From an uncultured virus (IMG/VR IMGVR_UViG_3300042868_003000) (Duplodnaviria; Heunggongvirae; Uroviricota; Caudoviricetes): a DNA stretch of 64,000 bases. The position numbers and the translations under genes are program-made. The notes beneath the pieces were generated by a model. It saw nothing but the letters and a program-made list of their open reading frames with translations, did no database searches and was not told where the DNA came from. Positions within the stretch are counted from its first letter, which is position 1, and each line of letters opens with the position of its first letter. Positions 44,854 through 55,853 of this stretch are shown one piece after another. The stretch lies in the IMG/VR virus record IMGVR_UViG_3300042868_003000; one strand, 5' to 3'.

Positions 44854-46545
44854 TTAAGCTGCGCCAACGATTGTTACGAAGTCAACACCAGTACCAACAG
44901 CAATAAAGTTCAACTGAATGTAGTTTACTGAACGTGCAGGTTTAAGGTAGATATCTCCAACGAATTGGTTGCTATCAATAACTTGTTGTGTGTTGTTTGT
45001 TGAATCGCAAACAACTCTAAAGTCTGTCAAACCACGGCGTCCTTGAATGTCACGCAAGAATGGTGATACTAGAGCAATAAATTGTGCTCTTGTAAATTCA
45101 TCATTCAATTCAAACATTGAGAACTTGGCAGCTTGTGCAATTGCCTTTTCAAGTGTAATAAACAAACGGCGAACGTTAATACGGTCAAATGCTGATGGTT
45201 TATTTAACAATGTTTTGTCACCAAACAATACTGTGCCTTGACCTGGGAATGATACAACTGGATTAACACCTGCTGCATACAATGTATCACGGAATGACTT
45301 GTTTGGATTCCATGCTAACTTAATACAGTTCTTAATTGCGCCACGGTTGAAACCAGCTGGTGAGAACCATGGGTCACGAATGTTATCTGTGTACACACAC
45401 AATCCAGCAATATCACCGTTCAGTGGTACCCAACGATATGTGTTGTTGTATTTGTCGAATTGGTATTTCCATCCAGAATCAGCAACAACATAAGAAGAAC
45501 TTCTTGATAGTGTTGTTAACCAATCTTGAATATTAGTTGTTTCGCTGCCTGCTTTATTAACTACGTCTGCATATCTCGGAGAAATAAAAGCCACACAGTC
45601 TGCACGACCAACAGCAATGTTGTCGATAACATATTGTTGAACTGTAATTGAATGTCCGCCTGTTAGTACCAAGGAAACGTCAATAGATTCTTTGTTAGCA
45701 AACAAATCGTAAGATATTTGTAAGTTTCCATCAGTTGGCGCAACAGAAGAACCTGTAATTAAACTAATTAATTGATTGGTTGCTGGATTTGCAAAAGTTC
45801 TGCCTGCAGCAGTTTGTCCCCATGTAGCATTTGTTGTTGCATAATCAACAGGATCCATTGCATAAACATATTTTGAGTTATTGAAAATAACTTGTTTATA
45901 GTAGTTTGTAACACCGTTGATAACTGCATCAGAAGCAGCCGAAACAAAACCGTATGTTTCTAAGATTGCACCGGCAGAACCTGTAAACAATCCATCTTGG
46001 TCAATAACAACGATGTGCATCTCATCTTTTACACCATTAACAGAATCAGCAAAATCTGATGTGCCTGGTGCAGATGTGAAATAATTTTTGTATGCCCATG
46101 TGCTATATGTTTGTGTGTTTGCACAAACAGCAATATTGATAGAGTTTCCTAAAACACCTGCATATCTGGCCGCAAATGGACCGTAACTATTACCGTTATT
46201 GGTATTTAAATAAGTAGATTCAAAAACATCTTCGTTTTTAATTTGTACATTTAATGTACTACCATCGGTTGCATTGTTTGCTAATGCACCAACTGCACGT
46301 ACAACACTTAAGTTATTACCATAAGACAGAAAGTTTGCAGCAGTAAAGAATGATACTGCTGAATCTGAATTAGGTTTACCATATGTGCTTGCGAGTGTTA
46401 TTTCACTATCTATCTGTTTTACCTTGTCTGCTGGACCCCATTGAAAGGTTCCAGCAAATGCACCAGCGGTCTGTTGAACTGCGGGTACAACTGTTGTTGC
46501 GTCCACTTCAGCTACAGTTACGCCTGGAGAGATTTGAAATGCCAT
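44854..46545 (-). CDS. 18: Tail sheath protein gp18
   Basis: SPGV...E.D, FQWGP, PWFSPAG..RG, FDRINVRRLF. Confidence 0.96.
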   Translation of the reverse strand: MAFQISPGVTVAEVDATTVVPAVQQTAGAFAGTFQWGPADKVKQIDSEITLASTYGKPNSDSAVSFFTAANFLSYGNNLSVVRAVGALANNATDGSTLNVQIKNEDVFESTYLNTNNGNSYGPFAARYAGVLGNSINIAVCANTQTYSTWAYKNYFTSAPGTSDFADSVNGVKDEMHIVVIDQDGLFTGSAGAILETYGFVSAASDAVINGVTNYYKQVIFNNSKYVYAMDPVDYATTNATWGQTAAGRTFANPATNQLISLITGSSVAPTDGNLQISYDLFANKESIDVSLVLTGGHSITVQQYVIDNIAVGRADCVAFISPRYADVVNKAGSETTNIQDWLTTLSRSSSYVVADSGWKYQFDKYNNTYRWVPLNGDIAGLCVYTDNIRDPWFSPAGFNRGAIKNCIKLAWNPNKSFRDTLYAAGVNPVVSFPGQGTVLFGDKTLLNKPSAFDRINVRRLFITLEKAIAQAAKFSMFELNDEFTRAQFIALVSPFLRDIQGRRGLTDFRVVCDSTNNTQQVIDSNQFVGDIYLKPARSVNYIQLNFIAVGTGVDFVTIVGAA

Positions 46546-46612
46546 TTTATTCTCCTTGAATTATTATGTTCTTTTGGCAAAATACCATAAGAGTATTTAT
46601 GAAAGGCTGGTT

Positions 46613-48310
46613 TTATAACCTTTCCAATCTGTTTCTCATAAACTTTGCATACGTTTCTCCACCGTCTGCAACTTCCCACATGTCACCACCCATAATCTCA
46701 AAATCATGTTCCAAACCATCTTCGATGATTGGAGCTGGCAAAACATCATCATCCATTTGATTCATATTTTCTAACTGAATCTGTTTACGTATGTCGTGGT
46801 TAACAATCTCTTTAAAATATTGTTGGGTTGTTACCCAAGAAAACATGACCAGAGACATGACCATATCGTCATTTGCACCATCTTCTGCACTAAAGGAATT
46901 CTTTTGCTGAATAAAAGTGGTCAACTCGGAGTATGTATCAAAATCTTGAATCAACAATTTGTCACCTTCAATCAAAGTCTTAAGGTTTGAACAACCAATT
47001 GCCTTGACCTGAGGAGACATTTTCAATCCCATTTGAACGCCACGGGCAAACCCAGCCGACAATTGTTGCGGTTTCTTATTGCCTGTAAATATTTTCCAAA
47101 GGTTTTCATATTCAAAATCTGAATGTAATGAGTCTGCTACCTGGGGATTGTTATTAATTTCCACCAAAACATATGCATCGTTGTAATATCTCGCTGCATT
47201 ATAGATGACTGTTGGAAACAATATAGGTGTAATTGATGAACTCTTATAGGTTGCCACTTGTTTGTATGGTGTCTGTGAGATATCAATTACAGAGAAGGCT
47301 GAACTATCAAGATTTCTACCTTCTGAAACATCGACCGTGATTGCATACAGGTGGTCGGATTTAGATTCATTCACACCTTCTTTAACCGGATGTTCATATA
47401 TTTTTAACAGGTCGTGGTTCGCAATTGGGTCGGTATATACCAACTGTTGCAGTTTGTAACCAGAAACCAAAGTGTTTGAAGAACCTAAAAACTCAGTTTC
47501 AAATTCTTGTGAGAATTGTCGTTGAGAAGTATTGCGAATTGTTTCTTCTTTCCACTTCTCATCTCGACCAGGTACTTGTGACCAATGTATTTCAAAATTA
47601 ATATAATTATTTTTCTTATTAATTGAGTCCATCCATAACTTGTAGAATAGATTCATACCATTAGGTGTAGATACAATAATAATCTTTGTCTTTTTACCTG
47701 ATGAAATTACAGGGTAAACAGAGTTGAAGAATTCTTCTGCAATATTGTTTGGTACGAAAGCAAATTCATCCAAGAATACAATGTTAAAAGAACCTCCACG
47801 AATTGCAGATGATGAAGTGGATGCAGCAACAATCTTGGAACCATTTTCAAGTTCTACGTTACCTTTGTTCCATGTAACGATACCTTGTTGTAACCACATT
47901 GGCAAATTTTCATATGCAAGTTGGTATTTGGACAAAATATCACGAGCCAAAGCACCTTTGTTTGCAAGAACTGCACAGTTTTGTTGGTCTGTAAATATGG
48001 TTGCCCATAACATATACGCTACGGTGGTTGTAGTTTTACCAACCTGTCGAGGACATTTAGTGATAACGAACCGGTTGTCCTTGAAAAGTTTTAACATTTT
48101 TTCTTGGAACGGCCACATCTTAAAGTTGATTAGGCCTTCATCAACGTTAACAATCTTAATATAATTTTTTGCAAAATAAACAGGGTCTTTGGCACATTTT
48201 ATATATTCATCAACCTGTTCCTGTGTATACTCTACCTTAACACCGGCCTTTTTAAGTAATGGATTATCTCGGTATGCTTCACCAAATTTTAAATCGACAT
48301 TATCAATCAT
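46613..48310 (-). CDS. 17: Terminase large subunit gp17
   Basis: PRQVGKTT, LDEFAF, STPNG, DVSEG, DDMVM. Confidence 0.96.
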   Translation of the reverse strand: MIDNVDLKFGEAYRDNPLLKKAGVKVEYTQEQVDEYIKCAKDPVYFAKNYIKIVNVDEGLINFKMWPFQEKMLKLFKDNRFVITKCPRQVGKTTTTVAYMLWATIFTDQQNCAVLANKGALARDILSKYQLAYENLPMWLQQGIVTWNKGNVELENGSKIVAASTSSSAIRGGSFNIVFLDEFAFVPNNIAEEFFNSVYPVISSGKKTKIIIVSTPNGMNLFYKLWMDSINKKNNYINFEIHWSQVPGRDEKWKEETIRNTSQRQFSQEFETEFLGSSNTLVSGYKLQQLVYTDPIANHDLLKIYEHPVKEGVNESKSDHLYAITVDVSEGRNLDSSAFSVIDISQTPYKQVATYKSSSITPILFPTVIYNAARYYNDAYVLVEINNNPQVADSLHSDFEYENLWKIFTGNKKPQQLSAGFARGVQMGLKMSPQVKAIGCSNLKTLIEGDKLLIQDFDTYSELTTFIQQKNSFSAEDGANDDMVMSLVMFSWVTTQQYFKEIVNHDIRKQIQLENMNQMDDDVLPAPIIEDGLEHDFEIMGGDMWEVADGGETYAKFMRNRLERL

Positions 48311-48720
48311 TCTTTACTTTTTAAAAGTTTATTTAATTCAGCGGTTGAACCAACGAAAATGGCTTTATCAATTTTGGTATCACCTTCTTTTTGTTTACCA
48401 TCCATTGTACGCATTTGTTTTTGTACCGCAAGTAGTTCTTTGTTCGCATCAACCACATTCTTTAGTAGTGTTGCATAGACTTCAAATGCCCGTGGATGTT
48501 GTCCAGCAGATGCAATGTGTCTTAGTTCTTCCATTGCATCTTTGCCGTTATCAATCAACTCTTGTAGATTGTCCTTTGTTTGTTCATAGGCATCTTGTAA
48601 GTCTGTTTTTAAATCTGGACCTTCTTCAGTCTTAGTAACTACCGGTAACAGAGGTTTTATTTCCTGTTCTACCGGTGTTACATCAAATAATTTTTCCATG
48701 TTTTTGTCAAATGTATTCAT
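48307..48720 (-). CDS. 16: Terminase small subunit gp16
   Basis: HPRAFEV and IFVGST.EL motifs. Confidence 0.92.
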   Translation of the reverse strand: MNTFDKNMEKLFDVTPVEQEIKPLLPVVTKTEEGPDLKTDLQDAYEQTKDNLQELIDNGKDAMEELRHIASAGQHPRAFEVYATLLKNVVDANKELLAVQKQMRTMDGKQKEGDTKIDKAIFVGSTAELNKLLKSKE

Positions 48721-48734
48721 ATTTTTAACTTAGT

Positions 48735-50477
48735 TTATAATGCTGCGATTCTACTCTTAAAGTCATTGAAGTCGGATGATGCTGCAACCAGTACCTTTAG
48801 ATTAGCCAAAGGTACAGAAGCACCAACTTGAATTGTATTGTTTGCAAATTGAATGCTTGCAACATTTGCCAAAGATTTTCCACTTACATCTAAAGCTACG
48901 GTGCTTGATCCTGAAGAAGGTATAACAATTGTTCCGTTGCTTGTAAATTCCCATTGTTCTTTAAAATAATCAATTGTCTGTTCATTTTCTGGACTAGGAT
49001 TCTGATAAGTAACAGCATTCATTGTATATGAATATGTTGTATTAATAGCAAGTGTTACTGTTGTGTTTCCACTACCAACTGTTGTGCTTGTGGTGGTTGC
49101 TGCAGATGGTACAGTCACATATGTAAAGTCGCCCCATTTGGTTGAACTTGAATATGCATACAGACCAGGTAAAGTTCCGTCTATTGGTAATTCATAAGTA
49201 ATTGCAATTGCTTTTGTACTGCCGTTTGGATATGCATATCCGGTACCAACAAGAAAATCACCTTTTACGTCCATCTGTCTATGGCCAAGTCTAATATTTT
49301 GACCTGCGCCTGGAACTTGAAGTGAATTTGCCCAAGCAAGGTAACCATTGGCGGCAAGCACTTTGTAATTAATAAATCCAGTTTTATCGTTAGGGTCTGT
49401 GGTTGTTCCGTTTACATATAGATAATTATCACTATACTTAATCCAATTAATTTTTGGTGATGTTACACCAGTTATTTCTTTTTCCCAAACCAATTGATTG
49501 TTTGCTCTAAACATATATATGTTTGTATTTGTTGCAGCATACCAGTTGTTTGATGAATCATAACTTAAACCAATGATTGTATTTCCATATTTGTTGACAT
49601 TACTTGTTCTAATGTAAAGACCTTCTGTATCAAACTTATGCACTTGTCCGTTTGCTGACCCAACTAATAAACCACCACGATTTGGTAAAGCAATAATAAC
49701 GGATGCGTTTGCCGCATTGCCTGCATTATAAAACGTGAAATACAATTCACCTGTAATATCAAGACCCGTAATTAAATTGTGTTCACCAGTATAATATGGA
49801 AAATCTTCATCGTCAACACAGATATCTTTAGAACCAATTGAATCTGTAATTAAAGTGTTCCAGACATTTTGTCCTAGATAGTTAAATTTTGTAACACGGG
49901 TTGACCTATCATCTGGAATGTTTGTTAATAAGTATATGTTATTATTTCCGTCAACTGTTACTGAATCACCATAACTTGCTACTAGTGTTCCACCCACGTT
50001 GGCCGCAGGAACAGATTTTCTCCAATATATTGAACCATATGGATCAAATTTAATAACTGTTGCCTGTGGTAAACCAGTAACTTCATTCTGTGTTGTCATT
50101 GATACTACAATATTATTTGCAGAATCAAATGCGACACTATGGCCATATGCATTGTTGGCTTGTGTATCTATTTGACCAAACAACATACCCCAAGCTCTAT
50201 GTTCATGTGGGTCAGTAGCAATTTCAACCTTTGTATTACTATACATGGTGGTATTGTCAAATAAAATATCACCCAATGAAGCAGTGTTTGCTTTGTTGAA
50301 AGCATTCTGTGCCAACTCTTGGTTGGTTTCATAATATGTATTTGATGTATTGGAATTAAAAGAAACTGTAGTATACAACTCAGTAAAGTTGTTATTTGTT
50401 TTAGTAAAAGCCGTTCTTAATGAATCGCCTTTGCCATCATTTGCTCTAATACCAATATTGATAGTTTGTTTAGCCAT
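48735..50477 (-). CDS. Virion structural protein with beta-propeller-like repeats
   Basis: N-terminal INIG..ANDG.GD.LR.AF.K.N.NF.ELY (baseplate/fibre attachment type); repeated D..GN/W motifs. Confidence 0.7.
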   Translation of the reverse strand: MAKQTINIGIRANDGKGDSLRTAFTKTNNNFTELYTTVSFNSNTSNTYYETNQELAQNAFNKANTASLGDILFDNTTMYSNTKVEIATDPHEHRAWGMLFGQIDTQANNAYGHSVAFDSANNIVVSMTTQNEVTGLPQATVIKFDPYGSIYWRKSVPAANVGGTLVASYGDSVTVDGNNNIYLLTNIPDDRSTRVTKFNYLGQNVWNTLITDSIGSKDICVDDEDFPYYTGEHNLITGLDITGELYFTFYNAGNAANASVIIALPNRGGLLVGSANGQVHKFDTEGLYIRTSNVNKYGNTIIGLSYDSSNNWYAATNTNIYMFRANNQLVWEKEITGVTSPKINWIKYSDNYLYVNGTTTDPNDKTGFINYKVLAANGYLAWANSLQVPGAGQNIRLGHRQMDVKGDFLVGTGYAYPNGSTKAIAITYELPIDGTLPGLYAYSSSTKWGDFTYVTVPSAATTTSTTVGSGNTTVTLAINTTYSYTMNAVTYQNPSPENEQTIDYFKEQWEFTSNGTIVIPSSGSSTVALDVSGKSLANVASIQFANNTIQVGASVPLANLKVLVAASSDFNDFKSRIAAL

Positions 50478-50495
50478 TTATTTCTCTCGTTTTGT

Positions 50496-51512
50496 TTACT
50501 GATTTGCAGCTTTATTGATTGTAGTAACTTCACCCAATGTGTTATCAGCCTTAGCGTCTTCTTTATCAACTGACATGTAGTCAATATCTGTACTAACTCT
50601 ACCAATCGAATCGACTTCAACGAATTTCAATGGGTTCAAGTTGTATGATGTAAAGTTGTAATTTGCCAATGTGTTAATCCCGTATATAGGTTTGTCAGAC
50701 ACGAAGTTTCCTGTTAGTTCTTTTAGTCTCAATACATTATCTGTAAATTGAACAACCATGCCTGTTGCTGATGCATCATCTGGAGTATAACCTTGATATA
50801 CTTTTTCACCCACTTTATATGTTCCATAACCAGAATCTAAGTTCATGTAAAATTCAATTACTTCTTCTTGTGACACTAAGTTGTAAACAGAAACAAAGGC
50901 ACGATTGATAACACTAGTCTCTGTAACCTTACCAAATATAAAACCTTTGACTGTGAAGTTCAATGTCCAAACAATCATTCGAGTTTCATTTTCTCTACCA
51001 CCTTCATAAGTAATTTCATGTTGTGTGGAATTTAAAATGACAGGAACTTCTTTAATAATTCCCATCTCAGGAATAAGGTTTAATTTAATCGTATAATCTG
51101 GTGTAAAGAATGGTAAAATGTGTTCAATGATTTGTGTACCATCTTCTATGTTACGTACATAGATGTAAAGATTAAAATCGAAATTGTATGGTACTGGATT
51201 GTATTGTGAAAGTACTCCTGATGGTGGAGTTCCTGAAAAATTTTTAATGTTTGTGTTTTGTTTTCTACTTGAGTCGTATGATAATCCGGCCATCTCAAAT
51301 GACATACGAGGTAAAGTCAATTGAACTTTTTTATCTAGATTCAAATCTTCTTCAAGGCGCATGACATAACGTTCTTTACTTGCATACGCAATAGGAACAA
51401 TAAATCTTTCCGATTCTGTAAGGTCTGGTTTAAATCTATACAAAGTAATGCTATCAAATAGATTACCAAATCCCACAACCAGTTTTCTTATGACACGATT
51501 ATATGTTGACAT
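50496..51512 (-). CDS. 15: Tail sheath stabiliser gp15
   Basis: FG.LF, VPIAY, LPRMSFE, PVPY, QI.E.ILPFF.P. Confidence 0.92.
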   Translation of the reverse strand: MSTYNRVIRKLVVGFGNLFDSITLYRFKPDLTESERFIVPIAYASKERYVMRLEEDLNLDKKVQLTLPRMSFEMAGLSYDSSRKQNTNIKNFSGTPPSGVLSQYNPVPYNFDFNLYIYVRNIEDGTQIIEHILPFFTPDYTIKLNLIPEMGIIKEVPVILNSTQHEITYEGGRENETRMIVWTLNFTVKGFIFGKVTETSVINRAFVSVYNLVSQEEVIEFYMNLDSGYGTYKVGEKVYQGYTPDDASATGMVVQFTDNVLRLKELTGNFVSDKPIYGINTLANYNFTSYNLNPLKFVEVDSIGRVSTDIDYMSVDKEDAKADNTLGEVTTINKAANQ

Positions 51513-52393
51513 TAAATTTTTCCAAACGGATTGGTTTCAGTGAAGTCAATAATATTATTGGCAGTATCAAAGAAGTAAGAATTGTCATAACTTTCATTTT
51601 TTGTACTATCTTTTAATGGATCATAAGATGCCAAAAAGTATCTTGCATTACTTGTTGCACCAATGATTGCAACGTTGTCACGGAATTCACCTGCAATATT
51701 TGTGACCTTTAGTGAGTCATCTGGTTTGATCCATTCTTGTACTAAAGCCACAACCCATGCATTTGCTTGTGTATTATCTGTAGACTGAAATACAACTTCT
51801 CTAGCTTCATATGTTCCAGTTCCAGTACCAGTAGTCAAGTCTAGTGTGTAACTTGATTGAATCATTACATCATCAATGTCTTCCACACCAGTGTCGATAA
51901 CTTCTTGTGAGTACTTGAATTTCTCTAGTTCCAATTCATAGAAGAATGGTATTTTACGTCCTAACATGAAGAAGTCTTTTGTTTGGTTTGTAAATTTAAT
52001 TTCAAACAACTCACCAGTACCATTTAAGAACGGTACATAAATCAAATCACCTTCTCTTGGTCTTGTGAATATATCTTGTGGTACACGTTGAGAAAAAGAA
52101 CGTTTTGATAATATGATGTTAACAGTGTTCTTAATTTCAAGGCCAAATTTAGAAAAGAATTCTTTTTCGCCACCATATTCCATAGAACTTGATAGGTAGA
52201 ATTCAATTGGAAAGGCTGCACTGAATCTTTTAATTGGATCTTCACCATACAATATGTCTCTATCGGTTTCATTTTCAATAGGTAAATAGTAGGCGTCAAA
52301 ACCCATAATCTTGATTGACTCAACAATCAAGTCTTCAACTACTCTCTGCTCAGCAAGAGAGTTATAGTTATTGAAATAAACCGAGGTTGCCAT
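51512..52393 (-). CDS. 14: Neck protein gp14
   Basis: ESIKI.G, FSKFGLEI, RPREGDLIY.P, E.NPFG. Confidence 0.92.
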   Translation of the reverse strand: MATSVYFNNYNSLAEQRVVEDLIVESIKIMGFDAYYLPIENETDRDILYGEDPIKRFSAAFPIEFYLSSSMEYGGEKEFFSKFGLEIKNTVNIILSKRSFSQRVPQDIFTRPREGDLIYVPFLNGTGELFEIKFTNQTKDFFMLGRKIPFFYELELEKFKYSQEVIDTGVEDIDDVMIQSSYTLDLTTGTGTGTYEAREVVFQSTDNTQANAWVVALVQEWIKPDDSLKVTNIAGEFRDNVAIIGATSNARYFLASYDPLKDSTKNESYDNSYFFDTANNIIDFTETNPFGKI

Positions 52394-52394
52394 A

Positions 52395-53171
52395 TTAGTT
52401 CATGAACATTTCTAGTGGTGCACCATACTTGTCACCAATTTCTGCATGTAATGCATCAATTTCTTCCTTGGCTTCACTATAGATTTTGTCACCATTTAAT
52501 TTGACACCACCTGGCAATTGAATACCTTCAAACTTTTTAAGGTTGTTACCCCAAGAACGTTTGATAAGTGCTGTTGCATATTCTTTCAACCAACGGTCAT
52601 TCCACGCCTGTGTGTACACATCAGGATCAATCACCGCATAACATTCTGCAATCACTGTTGTACCGATTGGTGCTTCGTTGCGACCCCAACCCCAATCAAT
52701 ATACAATCTTTGCATGTGTCTTTGGAATCTAATAGGAACTTCACCAGTGAACAGTTGTTCCAACATACGTAAGTGTTGTAGTGTCAACGTGTAGTTGATG
52801 TAAGATGCGGAGGTAAAGTCATACAACTCATTCAAACGGAGTTGATATCTCAAATCAAACATATTGACTTGAGAATGTGAATCTGAAATAGGAAATATTC
52901 TGGTGATACCAGCAATTTGTAGAACGTTGTTTGAGGAATCTGTGGCTTGAGCTATGTTCAAATACTTGTTGTTAATGTCTGTCTGGTCTATCTTTTTAAT
53001 GTAATAGACTTTTTGTAGACCATCAAAATGATAATCTTGCCAGTATTGCAACGCATCATCAATACGGTCTTCTACCTGGTCGTCATCAACGTTGATTTCG
53101 ATTACAGGAAACCCTAGTCTACGCAGGCAATAATCTTTGAATGCCGTTCTTGTTGTGATTGTTTTCGCCAT
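52395..53171 (-). CDS. 13: Neck protein gp13
   Basis: YCLRRLG.PVI.INV..DQ..D.I, WLK.YATAL.K..WG.NL.KF...LPGG. Confidence 0.93.
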   Translation of the reverse strand: MAKTITTRTAFKDYCLRRLGFPVIEINVDDDQVEDRIDDALQYWQDYHFDGLQKVYYIKKIDQTDINNKYLNIAQATDSSNNVLQIAGITRIFPISDSHSQVNMFDLRYQLRLNELYDFTSASYINYTLTLQHLRMLEQLFTGEVPIRFQRHMQRLYIDWGWGRNEAPIGTTVIAECYAVIDPDVYTQAWNDRWLKEYATALIKRSWGNNLKKFEGIQLPGGVKLNGDKIYSEAKEEIDALHAEIGDKYGAPLEMFMN

Positions 53172-53192
53172 TATATCCCCCTATAGGGATAT

Positions 53193-53555
53193 TTATGCTT
53201 CTGATACCGTAACTTCCACCCAAGAAAGTGTATCTTCGTCCCACGAATAACGTTTATCATCTGTAGGCATTGCAACTGGTGCATCCCATAAACATGTAGT
53301 TTCATTCAATGTCCAACTATTGTATGGTTTAGGTGGTATAAATGCATCACGGACTGAATCATAAGTATATCCTATACCAGCATAATTCTTTCTTAACGGT
53401 GTTCCGCCTAATATGTGTACACCGCCATGTGTGTTGTAACTTGTTTGTACAAAAGAACTTGGTTCTCCAAATAAACCTGTATTAATTACATCTTGTTCTA
53501 TTACTAGAACTTTTGTTACAATTTTATTTTCATCTAATTGTGCAAAGTGTGCCAT
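53193..53555 (-). CDS. Fibre-associated hypothetical protein
   Basis: MAHFAQLD...QTSYN...RKNYAGIGYTYD..RDAFIPPKP..SW. Confidence 0.7.
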   Translation of the reverse strand: MAHFAQLDENKIVTKVLVIEQDVINTGLFGEPSSFVQTSYNTHGGVHILGGTPLRKNYAGIGYTYDSVRDAFIPPKPYNSWTLNETTCLWDAPVAMPTDDKRYSWDEDTLSWVEVTVSEA

Positions 53556-53625
53556 TGTTTCTCCGTAATTTATGTTAATGCCATTTATATTTTCTTTGTT
53601 GTGTTAACAGTATTTATTGTTGGTT

Positions 53626-54774
53626 TTATGGTGCATTGAACCAAACTAGTCCACCTTGAGTTCCGCTCGTAGATGTTATAGCCTGTGAGGAGTCTTGTAT
53701 GGTGTTGGCTGCAGCTCTTGCAAATGTATCACCTGTTCTGGTGTATAAAATTACTGGTTCATTAACACCAGAAACTAAAAGATAATTTCCATCTGAACTC
53801 CATGCAGAAGCATTTACTTCACCTGCCGGTTTTGAAGATGGTTGACTGGTAATTACACTATATGTATTATTAGCGTTATTTCTTTTTAATATTGCAAGGT
53901 CCGAAGATGCACCGACTGACATATAAACACCATCAGGACTAAAAGCAACATGATTTCCTGTGGTTCCTGGCGATCCAATTATTGTTAATGCTGTGAATGT
54001 ATCTGTTGATGAATTGATTAAATAACCACCATAACTTGGACTTGATCCACCTGCATATATTAAATGTAATGAATCTGGACTAAATTCAACACTATTTACA
54101 GTTCCTCCTGATCCAGCAGTAGGTATAGTTAGTTTTGTAAAACTGTCTGTTGATGAATTGATTTTCCATACATTCACATAAGGTGACGAACCAATTCCAG
54201 CTGCCAAATAATTACCATCATGACTAAATGCAACAGATAATGTTGTGCCTCCAGGTAAAGTATTAAATGGTGAGGATATTTTTGTAAATGTATCACCATC
54301 TATTTTATAAATTGTAACAAAAGGAGTTGTACCATGACCGACTGCCAAATATTTACCATCAGGACTAAATGCAACATCTCTGCCAGCGCCTGTTGGTAAA
54401 GATGCTGGATTACTTAATAAGGTGAATGTTTCACCATCTCTTTTATAGATACTAATGTATGGTGTAGAATTAATAGCTGCAGCTAAAAATTTTCCATCTG
54501 GACTTGAATCCATTCCCCATATAGCACTACCTGGAAATGTTGGATTTAATAACTTGTCGTAGGTATTAGTTAAACCTTTTTTTTTATAAATCTGTAAACG
54601 ATAAGTTGTAGATAAAGTTGCCTGTGCAAAACCACCAAATGTATTTGCACTTGGCCAATATCCATTCAATGAATCGGTGTATTGTCTACCTAATGGTGTT
54701 ATACCTGGTCGATTTGCCAACCAAGAATCTGATTGTGGTATTGCACCAAATCCTCTGAAAGAATTGTTACTCAT
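53626..54774 (-). CDS. WD40-like beta-propeller protein
   Basis: About six repeats of VAFSPDG.YLA...P. Confidence 0.85.
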   Translation of the reverse strand: MSNNSFRGFGAIPQSDSWLANRPGITPLGRQYTDSLNGYWPSANTFGGFAQATLSTTYRLQIYKKKGLTNTYDKLLNPTFPGSAIWGMDSSPDGKFLAAAINSTPYISIYKRDGETFTLLSNPASLPTGAGRDVAFSPDGKYLAVGHGTTPFVTIYKIDGDTFTKISSPFNTLPGGTTLSVAFSHDGNYLAAGIGSSPYVNVWKINSSTDSFTKLTIPTAGSGGTVNSVEFSPDSLHLIYAGGSSPSYGGYLINSSTDTFTALTIIGSPGTTGNHVAFSPDGVYMSVGASSDLAILKRNNANNTYSVITSQPSSKPAGEVNASAWSSDGNYLLVSGVNEPVILYTRTGDTFARAAANTIQDSSQAITSTSGTQGGLVWFNAP

Positions 54775-55136
54775 CAGGTGATAACCTCAAAAGAACAAAC
54801 ACCATGTAGATAACTATTAGCGCTGGCAGTCAATCTTAAACTGTCATTTTCTTCCAGATAAATGGTTATATCTTTTGCAATAGGAGTTAATGTTGATTTA
54901 GGTGGCACCGTGATTAGATGAGCTATTTTATATGCTGTTGCACCAGCTTTAAAAACATCAACAGTCACATCAGCACTTGCTGTACCATTTACATTTGAAA
55001 TGTATAGTGAATTAATTTTGTATACTTTACCACTAGAGGCCGCATTAGATACGATTGCTGTGGCCGAAGTTATTATTGCTTGGCCTGCAACGTTTCCCGT
55101 TACTGATGTGCTTGTTAATAAATTTGGTGCTGCCAT
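54774..55136 (-). CDS. Hypothetical fibre-associated protein
   Basis: 120 aa beta-rich; IYLEE.D.L motif. Confidence 0.65.
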   Translation of the reverse strand: MAAPNLLTSTSVTGNVAGQAIITSATAIVSNAASSGKVYKINSLYISNVNGTASADVTVDVFKAGATAYKIAHLITVPPKSTLTPIAKDITIYLEENDSLRLTASANSYLHGVCSFEVIT

Positions 55137-55137
55137 G

Positions 55138-55803
55138 TTATCCTCCGAATATTATGCCCATAGTCATAGACTGAGCTCTTGTTGTTCCGCCGCTGGTGTT
55201 CGCTTGTAGAAAGGCCGCATTAGCACGGTCAAAGGATGCATTGGCTGTTACGAATGAACCATTTGCAAATGATGCCGTGGTATTTTGTGCAGCGTATGAT
55301 GAGTTGGCTGTTACAAAGGCACCGTTAGAAAATGAATTTGTTACACCTAATGTAGTTGTAATAGTGGTGCTGAAGTTTGCATCGTTACCTAATGCGGTTG
55401 CCAATTCATTTAATGTATCTAATGTGCTTGGTGCAGAATTTACTAGATTGGCAACAGCTGTACCGACATAAGTTGTTGTTGCATAACCAACTGTAGCGTG
55501 GTTGCCCCAAGCATATACTGAGTTGGCAACCAAAAAGGATGCATTAGCAAACTCTGCGGCTGAGTTTGCTTTATTAAAAGAATTATTAGCTTGTGTTCTT
55601 ACCCATGAATCGGTAGAATTGTTCGCTTGCAGAAATGCAGCATTAGCTGTATCGTATGCGTTATTAGCCTGACCTCTTACCCACGTATCAGTAGAATTAT
55701 TTGCTTGTGCGAACGCAGCATTAGCACGAGCGAACGCAGAAGGAACCAAAGAAGAAAAGTCTTTGGTCGAATCTAATCTTGATGGAGGGACTTGTGTTGA
55801 CAT
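55138..55803 (-). CDS. Fibre/collar protein with AN-heptad repeats
   Basis: AN-periodic repeats; APSTLDTLNELATALGND.NF tail-fibre motif. Confidence 0.75.
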   Translation of the reverse strand: MSTQVPPSRLDSTKDFSSLVPSAFARANAAFAQANNSTDTWVRGQANNAYDTANAAFLQANNSTDSWVRTQANNSFNKANSAAEFANASFLVANSVYAWGNHATVGYATTTYVGTAVANLVNSAPSTLDTLNELATALGNDANFSTTITTTLGVTNSFSNGAFVTANSSYAAQNTTASFANGSFVTANASFDRANAAFLQANTSGGTTRAQSMTMGIIFGG

Positions 55804-55853
55804 TCTTTATAACCTTTTCATTCTATTTATTTCACATTTTTTTATTGAAAATT

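Noticed and set aside
8131..48310. Introns, inteins or homing endonucleases in gp43, gp46, UvsW, gp20, gp17
   Set aside because: All are of ordinary length and uninterrupted; no HNH, GIY-YIG or LAGLIDADG motif was recognised
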